A DNA stretch of 64,000 nt. Source: Eubacteriales bacterium. Lineage in GTDB: Bacteria; Bacillota; Clostridia; Lachnospirales; Lachnospiraceae. Position numbers and translations under genes: made by a program. Position 1 is the stretch's first letter; each line of letters begins with the position of its first letter. Of this stretch, positions 62,589-64,000 are shown piece after piece. Under the pieces are notes generated by a model. The model ran no database searches and was not told the origin of the DNA. It worked only from the letters and a program-made list of their open reading frames with translations. The stretch lies in NCBI GenBank assembly GCA_030524125.1, contig JAUNHB010000001.1:51920-115919 (forward strand), read 5' to 3'.

Positions 62589-62724
62589 GACAGTTTCCTC
62601 CTTTAAATCCAATATTGATATTGTCTATCACTGCTCCTCTTATTTATACCACGTTTTTTGCCATATTGCCAGTACCGGAGGCGCAGATTGCGAAAAAAAG
62701 CGGCCGTCCGCCTGCGGCTTTCCC

Positions 62725-62812
62725 GGCAGCCGCTTGCAGGGCGTATCGCAGGATTCTCCGCCTGCGGCGGGTCGCTTAAGCGACATGATTCCGATCCGCC
62801 GCAGTGCGATCC
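62725..62812. repeat. Module G fragment fused to module F
   Basis: GGCAGCCGCTTGCAGGGCGTATCGC matches 13075-13099; the following part matches 28576-28624. Confidence 0.6.
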
Positions 62813-62906
62813 CGCGGGGCGTCTTTTTGTGCAATAGGAAATTCGGAGGAATTTCCTATCGCATAAAAAAAGAGAAAAACCGATACGATCAGTCTTTCTC
62901 TCTACA

Positions 62907-62978
62907 AGCACGAGACGGGATTCGAACCCGCGGCCCCCACCTTGGCAAGGTGGTGCTCCACCCCTGAGCCACTCGTGC
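62907..62978 (-). tRNA. tRNA-Gly (GCC), CCA not encoded
   Basis: Cloverleaf: acceptor GCACGAG/CTCGTGC, anticodon loop TTGCCAA, T loop TTCGAAT. Confidence 0.95.
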
Positions 62979-63017
62979 AAAGCTGAATGCTCCGCCGCTG
63001 TATCAGCGACAATAAGT

Positions 63018-63046
63018 ATTGTACTTGAACAGTCCGCTTTTGTCAA
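63018..63046 (-). promoter_or_regulatory. SigA promoter of tRNA-Gly
   Basis: TTGACA-17-TACAAT. Confidence 0.75.
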
Positions 63047-63055
63047 GACAGAATC

Positions 63056-63832
63056 TCAAATTTTTTCGCTGTCGTTCAGGATCGTCAGGCTTCCCACATA
63101 AATGTAGTTCTGAAATTCCTTCTCCACAATGCTGTCCAGCTTCTGGTATTCCAGATCGAACCACAGCTCCTCGGCCGTCACCAGCATGTGAGCCAGCGCG
63201 ACGCCCGCGTCGAACAAGTTAAAATCCTGCTGGAGCCGGTAGCCGACGACGCCCGGCTTTCTGACAAACAGATGGATCCGCCCGTCCGTCGCCACAAAAT
63301 GCCACGGCTGCAGGTTCATGGCCGAGGGAGCCAGCCTGGCGGCTTCCAGAAGCTTCCGCTGCACTTTGCCGAACTCGCCGCGGATCGTCACCAGACGCTT
63401 CAGCTCCGTGCGCCGGAAATCCTCGTACCTCCGCTCCAGAGGCTCCGCCGGATAGCCGAACGCCATGATCATCACCAGCTCCAGCTCCCGCTCCTCATCG
63501 TTTTTCAGCTTCGCTCCGCCCTGATAGCAGCTTCCGATCCCCCGGGTGTGCAGATACAGGGCGAGCTGCTCCATGAGGCATCCCGCGTTTTTCCGGTAAT
63601 CCTCGCAGATCTCCGAGTAGAGCGCCACATAGTAAGGCGCTCTGACCCGGAACAGGCCCTTCAGCCTCCGGTCCGCTCCGTTTAAGATCTTCCACTTCAC
63701 GCGGATATCCGGGCGGATGCCGATGGCGTCCTCCTCAAACCTTCCGATCTTCTCCAGGATCTTGCCGCTGATCTCGTCCTCTCTGTATTTCCGGACAGAT
63801 TTTCTCCGGAAAATCGCTTCATATGGTGTCAT
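63056..63832 (-). CDS. Nitroreductase family protein
   Basis: RRKSVRKY, GIGSC, ARLAPSAMNLQPW. Confidence 0.85.
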   Translation of the reverse strand: MTPYEAIFRRKSVRKYREDEISGKILEKIGRFEEDAIGIRPDIRVKWKILNGADRRLKGLFRVRAPYYVALYSEICEDYRKNAGCLMEQLALYLHTRGIGSCYQGGAKLKNDEERELELVMIMAFGYPAEPLERRYEDFRRTELKRLVTIRGEFGKVQRKLLEAARLAPSAMNLQPWHFVATDGRIHLFVRKPGVVGYRLQQDFNLFDAGVALAHMLVTAEELWFDLEYQKLDSIVEKEFQNYIYVGSLTILNDSEKI

Positions 63833-64000
63833 GCTCCCGTCAGTCCTTCCATCTCATCCAGGTACGCGCCGAAGATCCTCAGCGCGTCCTCCACCGGTTC
63901 CCTCTGCTCCATATCCACTCCCGCCATGCGCAGAAGCTCCAGCGGGTACGCCGAGCTTCCGCCCTTCAGGAAACGTTTGTAATCCTCCACCGCCGGCGCG
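63829..64000 (-). CDS. pepF: Oligoendopeptidase F, 3' end
   Basis: Manual translation YKRFLKGGSSAYPLELLRMAGVDM; stop overlaps the next start (ATGA). Confidence 0.8.
   Translation of the reverse strand, partial: APAVEDYKRFLKGGSSAYPLELLRMAGVDMEQREPVEDALRIFGAYLDEMEGLTGA

Noticed and set aside
62600-62906. Integrated island at the tRNA-Gly 3' end
   Set aside because: No integrase and no duplicated tRNA end seen; only terminator-like hairpins and repeat fragments.

Overview
Core-chromosome segment of a high-GC, spore-forming clostridium (Lachnospiraceae-like, inferred from gene content), with almost all genes on the minus strand. In order: pstSCAB, MATE, two peptidases, SPFH+RHH pair, two ABC importers, copA/csoR, the rimP-nusA-infB-rbfA-truB-ribF operon, malic enzyme, degV, pheA, folC, pyrBI, a MarR/ABC exporter, the nusB-xseAB-ispA-dxs-tlyA-nadK-argR-recN-spoIVB cluster, prfC, glgX, purL, hemerythrin, tRNA-Gly and pepF. 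No transposase, phage or CRISPR was seen. The unusual content is intergenic: more than ten 60-200 bp hairpin-rich elements in several families (my labels A-G). Families A, B and C share a terminal motif (GTWAC-NR-TTCA), nest inside each other and keep G...A-closed loops of the kind that stabilise single-stranded DNA; family A also shows compensatory stem changes. One copy has a 9-bp target-site duplication and has replaced the C-terminus of a peptidase. This looks like a non-autonomous mobile mini-element system whose mobilising enzyme lies outside the window. All alignments were done by eye.
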